From NCBI RefSeq assembly GCF_018977255.1, contig NW_024704743.1, positions 43,402,001 to 43,466,000 on the forward strand: a stretch of DNA of 64,000 bases. The letters run 5' to 3'. Below the pieces are notes generated by a model, which was not told where the DNA came from, made no database searches, and worked only from the letters and a program-made list of their open reading frames with translations. Positions 37,658-49,786 of the stretch are shown here, piece by piece; the first letter of the stretch is position 1, and each line of letters opens with the position of its first letter. The position numbers and the translations under genes are program-made. The DNA is from Callorhinchus milii. Lineage: Eukaryota.

Positions 37658-37658
37658 G
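34952..37658 (+). mobile_element. Young 5'-truncated LINE-2 retrotransposon
   Basis: Starts inside the APE endonuclease domain, continues through the RT, 3'UTR and stem-loop AGCGCCTT...AAGGCGCT, and ends in an uninterrupted (TTG)n tail. Confidence 0.97.
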
Positions 37659-37809
37659 ATGTGTCTGGTATCCGCTACAGGGTATAAGAGCGAGTGAATA
37701 GGAAAGTTAGTGGGCCTAGTTATTGGGTCTAATGTGTATTTAAAGATAAATTCATCACTAATATACACAGAGTCTTCAGAACCTTTTATTCTGCTTACAA
37801 GAATAGTTG

Positions 37810-38465
37810 ATTGTACACCATCCCCCGTTCCACTGACTTCAGGCTGTGAAACTCAAAGAGGTGAATGTAACCATCAGCAGTCAGGCCTTCAGCTCCTATT
37901 CCCCCATTCTTTGGAACTCCATCCCACAGTCCCTTTGTATCACTCCCTCCCTTGCCTCCTTCAAAACACGTCTCAAAACCCTTCTCTTTGACCACGCATT
38001 CGGCTACCCTCCCACCCCTACCCTCCAGCACTCCACCAACCCCCATCCCAAGCCCCTGCTTGAGTCCAAATCCTTGACTGTGCAGTGCCTTGGGATGTTC
38101 TCCCGACGTGAAAGGCGCTATACAACAACAACAAGATTTAATTTATAGAGCGCCTTTCACGTTGGGAGGACGTCCCAAGGCGCTGGAAAGTTGGGTCAGG
38201 ACCCGAGCAGGGGGGAAATGGTCAGGGTGAGGGGAGGGAAGGGAGGGAGCGAGGAGGGGGTAGAGAGTCGAGAGGGGAGCTGAAGGCACGGTCAAAGAGA
38301 AAGGTCTTGAGACCGGCCTTGAAGGAGGAAAGGGAGGAGGCGGCGAAGGCACTGGGGGATGGAGTTCCAGAGTCTCGGGGCTGAGAGGCTGAAGGCCCGA
38401 CCACCGATGGTAGGGCGGTTGGGGCGGGGGATGTAATACAGATGTAATTCGTTGTTGTTGTTGTA
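37810..38465 (+). mobile_element. Older L2 3' fragment with a younger L2 inserted in its tail
   Basis: AFSSYSPILWNSIPQSLCITPSLASFKTRLKTLLFDHAF. The tail is split at ATACA. Confidence 0.88.
38125..38435 (-). mobile_element. Young L2 3' fragment
   Basis: Highly similar to 37270-37620. Candidate TSD ATACA at 38120-38124 and 38436-38440. Confidence 0.93.
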
Positions 38466-39451
38466 ACTGGGTGAAACTGGCGTGTGGACTGGGTGCTTTA
38501 GATTCTTCCATGCACAGTGCCGCTCTGAGTTCTAAAGTAAACCATAGAACTATTGTTTGAGTCAGGTGTAATCCTTTCACTGTGTGTAAAGCAATATTTG
38601 TTCTTCTCTCCTCGCCCGAAAGCTGTGACTTCTGCTGGTAGATACAGATACTTTCCTACATGGTCATTGAATAATGATTAGCAGCAGAAGCAATGATGTT
38701 TTCCCTCTTCTAGGGGTGTTGAGGACAACTTTGTTACAACCGTAACTACAGTATTTGTTAATCACTGGAATCAATAAATTGCAACTTCTGTTTCTTTGTA
38801 TAGATTTTCAAATGATACTTGTTTCTGTTCTCTGCTACTTTAATCATTAGACCACTGATTTTCCTTCATGTTTATGAAGTTGTTGCTTTCTTGGTGAGAG
38901 GATGTGAGGTTAAGATTGATTGAAATGTATTCATGTAGTACATATGAAGTGTTTAGTCTGTCCAACCACTGGGAATGTGACTCATTCTTCAAATCCCATG
39001 AGAGGCAGAGATCACATATTTTACATACTCCCGGAAGATCCATAATTTTTATGACTCATAGGCATCAGAAGGATTTCCACTTTCCATTCGAATTCTGTTC
39101 CTCTGAAAAAATTCCTTGGGGGAATTTGATTTGATGAAGAACATTCTTGTACATTGATCTGAAACCAGAATTGGATTGAAATAATTTCCTGTTTGGGGTT
39201 CTTCGCACAATTATCTCAGATATTAATGGCTTCAGAGAACATTCAGCAAGCTGGTATGAAGAGCCAAATTCAGCACCAGCTTAGCTTTCAACTGTCCCAA
39301 TAAAGGAGGGTTTGTTGTGGTGTCTGAATATGAATTTGATCAATTCTGATCTGACTTTAGAAGAGTGATGTCATCTTGCTTAAAGTGTATAGTAATTTGA
39401 ATCACTGAAAGATTGATACTTGAGCCTTAGCATTGAACCATGTATTGCTTT

Positions 39452-39668
39452 GACCATATAAGACCATAAGACCATGGGAGCAGGAGTAGGCCATTTGGCC
39501 CTTCGAGCCTGCCCCATCATTTAATAAGATCATGGCTGATCTTCTAACCTAATCCCACTTATCTGCCCTATCGCCATATCCCTTAAGCCCTCTATCCTTT
39601 GGAAATCTATCAACCTCAGTTTTGAATATGTTCAAGGACTGAGCATCCACAGCCTTTTGTGGAATTCT
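39452..39668 (-). mobile_element. CR1/HER1-type LINE 3' end
   Basis: GGAGCAGGAGTAGGCCATTTGGCCCTTCGAGCCTGCCCC on the plus strand, plus an ORF2 terminal remnant. Confidence 0.88.
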
Positions 39669-39759
39669 CTACCCCATGAGGTATTTTTTTTTGTTTTGGT
39701 TAACCAGTGTTTGACACATGACCATGCTTTAGAGTATCTAAACTAAACAGAGTTTCACA

Positions 39760-39941
39760 GAATAATAATAATTTGGTCACTCAATCACGACTGTTTGTGG
39801 GACATTGCTGTACGCAATTGGCTGCCGTGTTTCGCCCACAAAATATACAGTCAATTCACTTTACAGTATATTCTGTGAAGCGCTTTGAAACGTCTAGAAG
39901 ATGTGGTAAGATGCTATATCAAATGCAGGGATTATTATTAT
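39760..39941 (+). mobile_element. tRNA-Ala SINE 3' half
   Basis: CACGACTGTTTGTGGGACATTGCTG...GCTATATCAAATGCAGGGATTATT. Confidence 0.88.
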
Positions 39942-41076
39942 CAGTCTTAATATGTGGTCCTGAAGGACAGTGGATAATAACTAATAGCAAAAGTTATTAT
40001 CTCCTACAACCCTCCCTCCTCAGATACTGATATGAATCAATGAAGGGGACAACTGAAACATAGAAAATCTGCAGTTAAGTCATGTTTACGTGTGCCACCA
40101 AACAAAGCACAATAAACAAGGAATTAATGAAAAGAGAGGAATAAATGCAGTGATATTTTTTACTAAGTTGCTGCGATAATCAGTTTACTAAACTTTTCAA
40201 CTTATGATTCAAAAACAAAGCAAAGTTTCCTTGTGGCTTTTGCAAACCTAAAGGAACTGTTACCCAGTAACAATGAGTCATTTGTGCCTTAACATTTACT
40301 TTGCTCAATTCCTTGCTAACTGCACACTCAGCTCTTTGCACACAAACAACTGACCTGATTTATTCCACAGAACCTTTCAGTTAGTTCCATGTTTTATTCA
40401 CCAGCCTCGAGGAGCCTTTCAGTTTATAACATAACATTGATTCTGACCAAACAACTTGAACTGCCTCCCACTCCCCCTGTTCTCACAGTAATTCTCGTGT
40501 TTACTACCTTTGGATGTCCTAATATGGATGATTGGATTTCATCCAAAATATTAAGTGGAAATCGGTGAATTACCCATGTTATCCTGATCAATATTTCCAA
40601 GATTTAACGGCTGAAGAATTAAGGGTACACGACAGCTAATGGGAATGTTTGTTTACTGCAGCATTTGCTCAAATACCTTAATCTAATAGAAAAAAGAGGA
40701 CAGATTTATAAGTACATTAAGTCTATGTTGTATTAAAGGCATTTTTTGTTGTTCTTGTTGGTGGAATGATTATGTTCATTAAGGGGAGCACTTGGAAATG
40801 GGAGCCATTCATATTCCAGGCAACAAAGATGCAAAATCAAAAGAAAGGTCAATGCACCTGAACGCTTTTGTGAGTGCAGAACTACACAGAATTTAGCAAA
40901 AGAACAGCATTGCAGTGAAATACTGAGTTTATCTTGGTGGTCTTAAAATACCAGAGAAATACCAAAGGGGGAGTGCTTTAAGAAACACCAATAATGAATG
41001 TTTCAACAAGAGGATCAGGCCTTATATAATGCACCAGGGCACTGACAAATGTGGAAGGAGGAATTTTGCTTCAGCA

Positions 41077-41306
41077 ATGGTAGCAAAATCCTAAGCGTAG
41101 ATTTTCTGAAGTTGCTCAGCAGGTCTGAATTCCTGCAGTAATGGCCAGGAGCGAGTGATTGTTCAGGTTACTGTGTGGGGAGCATCTTCTCAAGCAAAAA
41201 GAAAGAGCTGGGACTGCAGGAAAGAGCTGGTAAACATAGTCTACATGCCAAGGAGAGCTATCAAGGAGGTGAAGAGAAGTGGCACAGTCTTAAGATGAAT
41301 CCAAAG
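41077..41306 (+). pseudogene. Second Harbinger Myb/SANT ORF fossil (exon 1)
   Basis: PKRRFSEVAQQV*IPAVMARSE*LF / GASSQAKRKSWDCRKELVNIVYMPRRAIKEVK / KWHSLKMNPK|gtaaag matches the Myb/SANT-like pattern RFS..E...L...V......LF...K..AW......VN.....R...EVKKKW.DLK. Confidence 0.65.
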
Positions 41307-42611
41307 GTAAAGCTGTATTGATAAGTACTGTAGTGATAAGAATGTGATCTTGAGCTGCGTTCTAAAATAAATAAAAGGTTCCTATCTTTTCATTCCCAGC
41401 CACTAGAATGACTTTTCAAATATTTTTTAAAATATTGTTTATAAATAAAATATTGTTTATAAATAAAATATTCTTGTGCCAATGCCTGGCAAAGCAGCTA
41501 GTTAAAGACTTTCCTGATCTATTCATTTGCTGCATAACTCCAGTGGAATTGAAGGCTATGTAAAGAAATTGACAGACGGCATTACTAGTGATGTGCAGAG
41601 TGTACCTTTTCAAACACTGCCAATTACCGCAGCTATGCTGTTTTTTCCAGGAGTCAATGGAAATGCTGCAGAGAAATCTATCATCTAAACTAGTAAAAGC
41701 AGCAAAGGGTGTACCTCCAGGACATCACTGCTCACATTGTCTCCTTAGTGGTGATTCTGGATAGAGCAACAGTAGAAGGTTTTGAATCACCCTCACACCT
41801 CTTTCAGTCTATGGTAACTATAGATTTGGCTTCTCTGCTGGAGTCTCTGCTTCACTGGATTCAAACATCCAAGTTATTATAATTTAAATGCTTAGAATGT
41901 TTCACATTGTAAATATGGACTGCTGATGTTGATTTGGTTTCAGGTCATACTGAGATCAATAATAGGACTGTAACTGGCTATCACATAGCTGTAAAAGCAC
42001 TTGTTCATTCACTAAAAATGTTCCACTGAGTTAATTGCGTACTTTAGTGAACATTATGCCAGGGCTTGTCTGACCAATTTTAATTTCAGATTTTAAAGTT
42101 AATACAAGGATCCAATTGATATTATTTAAAGTCTATTTGTTTTACAAAGTATGCTAATTTGCATATTCTAATATGGTAGGAAAGGACAAGAAACAATAAT
42201 GATTGTGACGGCTTTGCCAAAGCACAGTGATAACTGCTCTCCTACTCATGAATGCCCAATAACTGAGATCTTTAATAATAACAAAAACATGATAGTTAGT
42301 TACAATGTACAAAATAAGGAACTAGAGAAGATCAGGAAGTATGTTAATCTAAATGGAATGTGGATGAATACGCCAGTTAGTACAAGACAAGCAATCGTTC
42401 CTATAATCATAGGACAGCTAATAAGATAATTCAGAAATGGCTTGACAAGATAAGTGCACAAAATGTTCACCTCCTGCAGAAAGTAGTTATTTTGGAAAGT
42501 TCAAATATATTAAGAAAAACAACATGAATGGATGTAAGTCCAGTTCCTCCCATACTCCGGCCTCGATATCAAAGTAAGTCATGGGATCAATCGTGGGAGA
42601 CTGGGTTAAGA

Positions 42612-43043
42612 TTTGGCTCAGTTGGCACTCTGGCCTCTGAGTTGGAAGGTTGTGGAAGGTTTTCCCCCACGTTGGGACTTGGAATCACATAGTCTTAGCT
42701 GACACACCAGTGCTGTGCTGGGGGTGAGTTGCATTGGCATAAATGCTGTACTTCGTACCAAACTTTAAATCGAGGCCCCGCTTCTGCTTGTACAGATGGA
42801 CATTAAAAATCCCTGGCACTATTTGAAAAGAGAATGGAGTTTCTTGTAGTGTTCCTGGCTGACAATCTCCCAAATAAAATAGGTCACTCACTCCATGGCT
42901 GTTTGTGGGACATTGCTGTGCACAACTATATGCTGCATTTCGTCCACAAACAGTCAAAATCACTTTACAGTATATCCTGTGCTGCGCTTTGAGATATGTT
43001 GATGACATGAAAAGGCACTATATCAAATGGCAAATATTATTAT
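42612..43043 (+). mobile_element. DeuSINE, near full length
   Basis: TTGGCTCAGTTGG head and AAATCGAGGCCCCG...ATTAAAAATCCCTGGCACTATT Deu core. Confidence 0.85.
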
Positions 43044-43045
43044 GT

Positions 43046-43420
43046 GGAGACCTGTAGCTTAGTGGTTAGAGCAAATGAGAGAACCTGGGTTCGATTCCCA
43101 GCAGAACAAGACATTGGGCAAGTTTGCTTACTCCACACGCTTCAGTTTACCTAGCAGTAAATAGGAGCCTGGTTGTTAGTCGATTGGCGGACTGCTTTTC
43201 CAGGAGTAATAATTCTTTCAAAAAAAAAATAATAATTTGGTCACTCAATCCACGACTGTTTGTGGGACACTGATGTGTGCAATTGGCTGCCATGTTTCAC
43301 CCACAAAATATACAGTCAATTCACTTTACAGTATATTCTGTGAAGCGCTTAGAGACATCTTGAAGATGTGATAAGGCACTATATCAAATACAAGGATTAT
43401 TATTATTAATACTATTATTA
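43046..43420 (+). mobile_element. tRNA-derived SINE, long class, full length
   Basis: Same head and tail as the short class, plus an extra ~65 nt (43141-43205). Confidence 0.9.
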
Positions 43421-43499
43421 ATATTGGCAGTGTTATTGATCTTGTTGTCTCATCAATGAAAAATACCTAGAAACTATCTCAACGGAGTAATTTAAACTG

Positions 43500-44075
43500 T
43501 AATAACATAATAATAATATAATAATAATGAAATCCTTATATTTGATATAGAGGCTTTCACATTGGGAAGATGTCTCAAAGTATTTCATAGATTATATTGT
43601 GTGTTTTGTGGGTGATCTTTATCAAAGAGAAACTTTGGAGACTTGTAATGAGAGAAAGTACCTATGAACTATTAGAAATAAAGGAAAACTAAAAGTGACA
43701 TTGGCTCATCTTGATATTTTTGTAGAGACAAAATCAGGCTAATTGGGTATTTTGACATAATTTTTTGTGTGTTTTCTGGGTGAACATGGCAGCCAATTTG
43801 TGCACAGTCTAACAAAAGAGTTAATGTCAATTGTCTGAAAATGAGTCAAAATAAGATACTAAAGAGAAACTCCCTTCTCTTTTTAAATACTGCCATGGGA
43901 TCTTCAACTTCCTGAACAGGTAAATGGGGCCTTGGTTTAACATCTCATCTGAAGGATAGCACCCTTGTCAATGCTGCACAGTCCCAGCATCGCATTAGAG
44001 TGTCATCTTAGATTATATGAGTTCCAACTACCATCATGGGGCTTGAACCCACAATCTTCTGACTCTGAGTCCAAA
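43500..44075 (-). mobile_element. DeuSINE, rearranged
   Basis: GCCATGGGATCTTCAAC...GGGGCCTTGGTTTAACATCTCATC and GGGGCTTGAACCCACAATCTTCTGACTC. Confidence 0.78.
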
Positions 44076-45825
44076 TGGAAATAAATAGAATGAGTGTCTG
44101 TATGGAATGTGCCTTTATTAGTTTCTGAGCAATCTTTTGTCCCTGGTTTATTATATTTTACAATGTCCAGCATTTTCTTCAATCCAGTACCATTTTCATT
44201 TTTTTACAAAGAATTGTGCTGAAGCGATTTATTTTGACTCCCTTTGGGCACTGACAACACAATTTATGTTGATCAGGCTTTGTTTTCATGACGGTTCATT
44301 CATCCCTGTAATGAACATCTTCACACATTAGAAGATTTATCTTTCTAAGCAATTAAAAAATAACAAGATATAAATATTTTATGTGAATTATGTCTCTGTT
44401 AAACTTGACCTTATGAGAATGATTCTACAATCACTTTACGTCAGTACATGGGAACATAAAAGTTGAGGACCAGAAAAGGTTAGTTCCCCCATCAAAGCTC
44501 ATTCATCTAGCACATTAACATGTCCATCAAGGCATCTAAAAAAGCAATGTCATCACCTCTGTTACAGTGCTTTGTTGAATATTCCAAATATTTTTTATAC
44601 CTATTTGTAGCTTTTTTCAAAATGATGCAAACATTATAATTTCTCTCTAAACTGTGACTCACAGAACTAAGGCTGTTATTCTATTGGTCTCTTTGAGACA
44701 TAATATGAAAGGCAAGGATTATTCTTATTATTGCAAACACAATTCTACATCTCACAGATTAAGACACAATCAAGCATTAAGGAATCTGTAATGGTAAGAA
44801 AATGCTAGGAAACAGTATGTTCGTCAGTAGAACTTTTTAGGGTGAAGCCCAATTGGAAAATAGTAGCCCGGGGTTTAATGTTACTTTGAGTAGGTTTAAC
44901 CTCAATTTACAAATTCCACAATTTTACTCCAGTAGATTGAACCGATTATTGCGATCTGTTCTAAGCTTAAATTAAAGGAAAAGAAGTTAAAATAATATGA
45001 GGGTCGAACATAGAGATTGTTCAGGCGAATAAAAATTCAGTTTTGTTGTTTCTTACGTTTAGCATAAACTAGATAGTCTGAATAGTAGCGATAATGCAAC
45101 AGATCACTAATATCTGATAATTCAGCTTGTTTGATCGTGGTCAGTAGTAGCAAGATTGTGTCGATTTCAATATATTTTGATGTAGATGATATTGTTCTGA
45201 TGGCCAGAGTTAGAATGCACAGGAAAGCAAGTTTGAAAAATTAGGTGAAGCATCAATAATGAGACCCAGAGAAAACCTAAAAAGAATGCATTGCTTTTGC
45301 AGCACTATAATGTTTGCACCTCAGTCTTCACATAGCACAAAGCTGCTGAGCATATTCCCTTTTGTAATATAGTTATGCTCGCTTTGCACATTGGTTTGTA
45401 AATTCTGTGGCACTGGCACTTGCTCATAACTGCTTGAAATAGAAATGATATCTTGTTTCTCCTGTGAACTAAATCTTGCCTGCTGTCTGAGACACTTTTA
45501 CTGTGAGTTGTTGACGGGGTGCCATCCTCTGGTTGGCATTTCAGTGGGTGATGTTGATACCTTCTTGTTTCAGAGGCTCAATGTCAGACATTGTTGAAAA
45601 AGACTACTTTAGTATAGAATTGGCAGACTCTTCAACAAGAATAAATGACTTAGCCTGAGTAAGACACGCTTGTCTTTACACTTTAGTCTAATATTCATCT
45701 TGTCTTACTTCAGTGCCAGCATTAAATCGTATTGGATTCTCCATCTTTTGCCTGTGAGATAAGAGAATACATTTACTTGCACAGAACAATCTAAGGAGCC
45801 TTAATGCCTGCAGATTGAGATATGT

Positions 45826-45885
45826 CTCCCCGCCACCCCCCCCCCTCCCCGCCTCCCCGCCTCCACCCCCCCCCAACGCCCCCTA
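45826..45885 (-). repeat. G-rich tract (potential G-quadruplex on the minus strand)
   Basis: The plus strand has multiple C runs of 4 or more, separated by 1-7 nt. Confidence 0.7.
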
Positions 45886-46159
45886 TTGTCTCTTTCTGCC
45901 AAACAGATGTCATTTCAAGCCTCATCACTGATCAACATTGGGATTTTTAAAGTAGGGTTGCAACACAAAAAGTTTTAAAAAAACTAAACAAATGGATCAT
46001 TGCATAATTAGTACATCAATACTGAACAGGAAATATTTCTGGGTAACTTTAGAGCCATGCCAACGGCTGGTTCTTTCACGCGATTTTTCAAAAAATAGCT
46101 GCTTAAACTCATTTGTTACAGAACAGTGAAGCTCAACACTGGGGCCTGAATGTCTCTTT

Positions 46160-46925
46160 CAACAACAACAAGAACCAAATTACATTTGTACAGTGCCTTT
46201 CAGGTCGGGAGGATGTCCCAAGACGCTGGATGATCAATGTTTCGGACCCGAGCTGGGGGTCGGAATCAGAGAGTTTGGAGGGCAGGGAGAGAAGGAGAGT
46301 AGGGGCACGAAGAGGAGTTTCTTGTGATAGATCTTGAAGGAGACAGGGGAGGGGACGAGGCGGAGGGACTGCGGGATGGAGTTCCAGAGGGTGGGGGCAG
46401 AGTGGCTGAAGGGCCGCCCGCCGATGGTGGGGTGGGCGAGGCGGGGAACGTAAAGCAGGGGGAGCGAGCAGGTTGGTAGGGGGTTAGGAGGTCGCAGAGG
46501 TAGGAGCGAGCAAGAACATAGAGGACGAGGACCAGGATCTTGAACAGTATCCTCTGGGTGATGGGAAGCCAGTTGAGTTGGGCGAGGATGGGGGTGATAG
46601 GGTCATAGAGCCTGAAGCAGGAGAAGACATGGGCTGCAGAGCTCTGGATGATCTGCAGCCTATGGAGGGAGGAGTTGGGGAGGCCGACAAGCAGGGAGTT
46701 TTCATAGTCGAGCCTGGATGTTATGAAAGCGTGAATGAGGGTCTCGGCGGCCTAGGGTGTGAGACAGTGGTGGAGCCAGACTATGTTGCTGAGGTGGGGG
46801 AAGGCAGAGCGGGTCATGGCATGGATGTGGGTTAGAAAGGAGAGTTGAGGGTCAAACAAGATGCCAAGGTTCTGGACTGGATATGTGAGGAGGAGTGCGC
46901 ATCCTTGGATGGTAATGCTGTGAGT
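46160..46925 (-). mobile_element. LINE-2 3' fragment
   Basis: ITIQGCALLLTYPVQNLGILFDPQLSFLTHIHAMTRSAFPHLSNI and an (AAC)n tail. Confidence 0.92.
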
Positions 46926-46931
46926 ACCTTT

Positions 46932-47182
46932 CAGGTGAGCACTTGCCTCGCAAGCGAGAGACCTGGCAGGGCAAGTTTCCTTAATCCACACGCCTGATAA
47001 TAATCCTTCGAGAAAAAAAAATTGGTCACTTGAAACCACGACTGTTTGTGGGACACTGCTATCCGCAATTGGCTGCTGCGTTTCATCCACAAATATACAA
47101 TCAATTCACTTGACAGTATAGTCTGTGAAGCGCTTTGAGACGTGAAAAGTGCTATATCAAATGCAAAGATTATTATTATTAT
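46932..47182 (+). mobile_element. tRNA-Ala SINE, short class, with head deletions
   Basis: GAGCACTTGCCTCGCAAGCGAGAGACCTGG, then the shared body. Confidence 0.88.
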
Positions 47183-47424
47183 GTGTTTGCTTATAACTGT
47201 AGGCTGTTTGCACATCAAAATCTTTGCTGTGAAACAGTCGTTCTTGGAGTTATATTAATGAAACCAATTTTCTGTTATCCTCACATTTATGCAATTCTCG
47301 GATACTGAAACACTTGGTTGCATTGTCCGAGGAACTCACCTCTGAAGGTCACATAATGGGGAACTGGAGAAGAGCGGAGAGGCTTCTTTTTGTGTACCAA
47401 TGTAGAATAAATTAATTAAGCATT

Positions 47425-48980
47425 TTATTCCTTGCATTTGATGTTGTCAAGATGTCTCAAAGAGCTGTGTAGGATCTTAATCTGAAGTGTAGTGACTGTG
47501 CATTTGTAGAAAACCCGGTAGCTGATTTGTGCAGCTCAATGTCCCCAATCAACCAATGAAATGAGTAACCCATTTTATTTGGGGATTTGGCCAGGGCACT
47601 GGGTAAACCAAACTCCCCTCTATATTTTAATAGTGTCATGGGATCTTTAACATCCATCTGAACAAGCATTTTCAGAGGGTTTTATCTCCATTTAGCGTAC
47701 ATGAGCTACTATTGTGACATGTTAAATAGCATCTGAACATCATTCCTGCCTACAGTGATTAGGACATCAAGGTGGAATGACCGCACCATTTATTTCCTAT
47801 CTTATGTTTAAATGTCTAAAGTCTCTTTAAGTGTATTTCCCAAAGGCAATAGTTAGCAGTACTAACTGCACTATCAGCACTTGATTAGAGCATTGAATCA
47901 CATTAAAGCCAAAGTATAGGATTCCAGTGGAAGCAAATTTAAACCAAGGTTAAAGGATTTTAAGGTAAATTATATGAAAATGATCTTTGTGATGTTAATT
48001 TGATATCATTATCATCACCAAACCAAGTCATCAGTATTCATTTTCAAACCTTTTCTTAAATGCTCCATACTCGGTTTTAAACTAAGTGTGGAGTAAGCTA
48101 AATAGCAATCTATTCAGCAAAATCTCCTCTATAATTATCTGCCAAGCAATCTGCATAAAAAGTTAACCTGTTTAAACGTTGCATAGAATTTTACTGGATT
48201 TAGGTTGCATATCTCAATTAATTGAAAAAAATGTTTTGGTTCATTTTCCTCTCCTTTCTTCTTCCGTTCCTGCAGAGAATAGAGAAAGGCAGAATCTGGG
48301 CTAGGTAGGGATTCAGAGCAGAATTGCAGCCCAAGGATATGAATGGGATTAATACGAGGGTGACTTTAAAAGTTTGTTTGTGGGTTCAAACCCCATGGCG
48401 GGAACTCACAGTCTAAGCTGATGCTCCAGTGCAATGTTTGGGAAGCTCTGCATTGCAGGATGGACTGTCCTTCGCATGAGATATTAAACTGAGGTCCTGC
48501 CTTTTCAGGTGGATGATAAAAATATTAGTACACTTATTAGAAGACTGCAGTTTCCCCAAATAGGCCTTAATTTATCCAGTTCAACTTAGTGTGCTTTGGT
48601 TTCTAGTATCCTAATAAAATATCTTGAATTTACAAATATAATAATAATAATTCTTTCATGTGTAGTTGTGGGTGAACATAGCAGCCAAACTTGGCACAGA
48701 GAGATCTTGCTGCACTATGTTTGTGCAGGAAGTGAATGACCATTTTTTTACTGGGTGTTTGCTGGCCAGGTCACCAGGAGAAACTCCCTTCTTTTTTTAA
48801 TAGTCTCACAGGATTTTTAACATTCACTTGAACAGGCAGATGGGATCTGAAGAATGGAATTCCAACAATGCGGCATTCCCTCAGCACCCCACTTCAATGT
48901 CAGTTTTTACGATGAGCACAAGGTTCCAGCATGAGGGTTTGAACCATGAGGAGAGAGCACTTCCAACTGAGCTAGGCTGA
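47425..48980. mobile_element. Three DeuSINE fragments (~47425-47670 minus, ~48370-48560 plus, ~48640-48980 minus)
   Basis: Deu-domain blocks GTGTCATGGGATCTTTAACATCCATCTG, ATGAGATATTAAACTGAGGTCC and GGCCAGGTCACCAGGAGAAACTCCC. Confidence 0.75.
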
Positions 48981-49786
48981 TGCCAAATATGGTGAACCTT
49001 GCATCAATTGGTATCTCTGCGCTCAGTTTGGTATCTGTGCTGGTTAATGCATTTATGTGGGATATAAGTAGGAGGGTACCAATGTTTACCCTCAATCATA
49101 ATCCTCTTATGCAAGAAACAAGGTTTGACTTCAATGGAAGAGAGAAGAGAAATGACATTTCCTGAAATAAACAACATTCTACAGGAGTAAATCGTACCAC
49201 TGAAATTTAATCAGTAGCTTTTGCATTGACTAAAATTCAAAATGTAGATTAGTGTTTAAACGCTGAATATAATTTTAAGTTCCCTGGTGCATATTTTATA
49301 TTACAAAATACAAATTACAAAATTCCTTGTGATGGTTTGTTATTATATTATGCAGAGCAGTGACTGGTGGTTGCAGTTGCTGTTATATCTAGATACTGAT
49401 GAGGGCGACAGAATAACAGCACAGCGGGCTGCTAATTTTTGGTGACTGTAACTTGCATTGGAGGCTGCCCTGAAGAATGATTCTTCACTTATTAATCCAA
49501 GAGAAACTAGGTTGTACCACTAAAGCACACACTGCACTATGTTTGTTAACATTTTCAAATACTTCCCCAAAGGGCTTACAGAAAAGGTTACGGTGATAAA
49601 CTGAATTTTAAACATCAACTTGACTCTCAGGCATTTGTATGACCAAGCTACGTCTAGCAAACAGTCCTCACAGCAGATACTCATTTGCCTACGTTTTCCT
49701 TTCCTTGTGACCTTTATATAATTGATGCTAGAAGTCACGCAGGCCTCTCCGGTAGGGCTGCGCATGTGCCTGCCCATCCAAGGGCA

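Noticed and set aside
38500..39400. Minus-strand stretch with long stop-poor frames
   Set aside because: I could not match it to any protein family, so it is left unannotated.
45574..45658. Plus-strand exon candidate GSMSDIVEKDYFSIELADSSTRINDLA*
   Set aside because: The frame ends in a stop immediately before the putative donor, and I recognise no homology.
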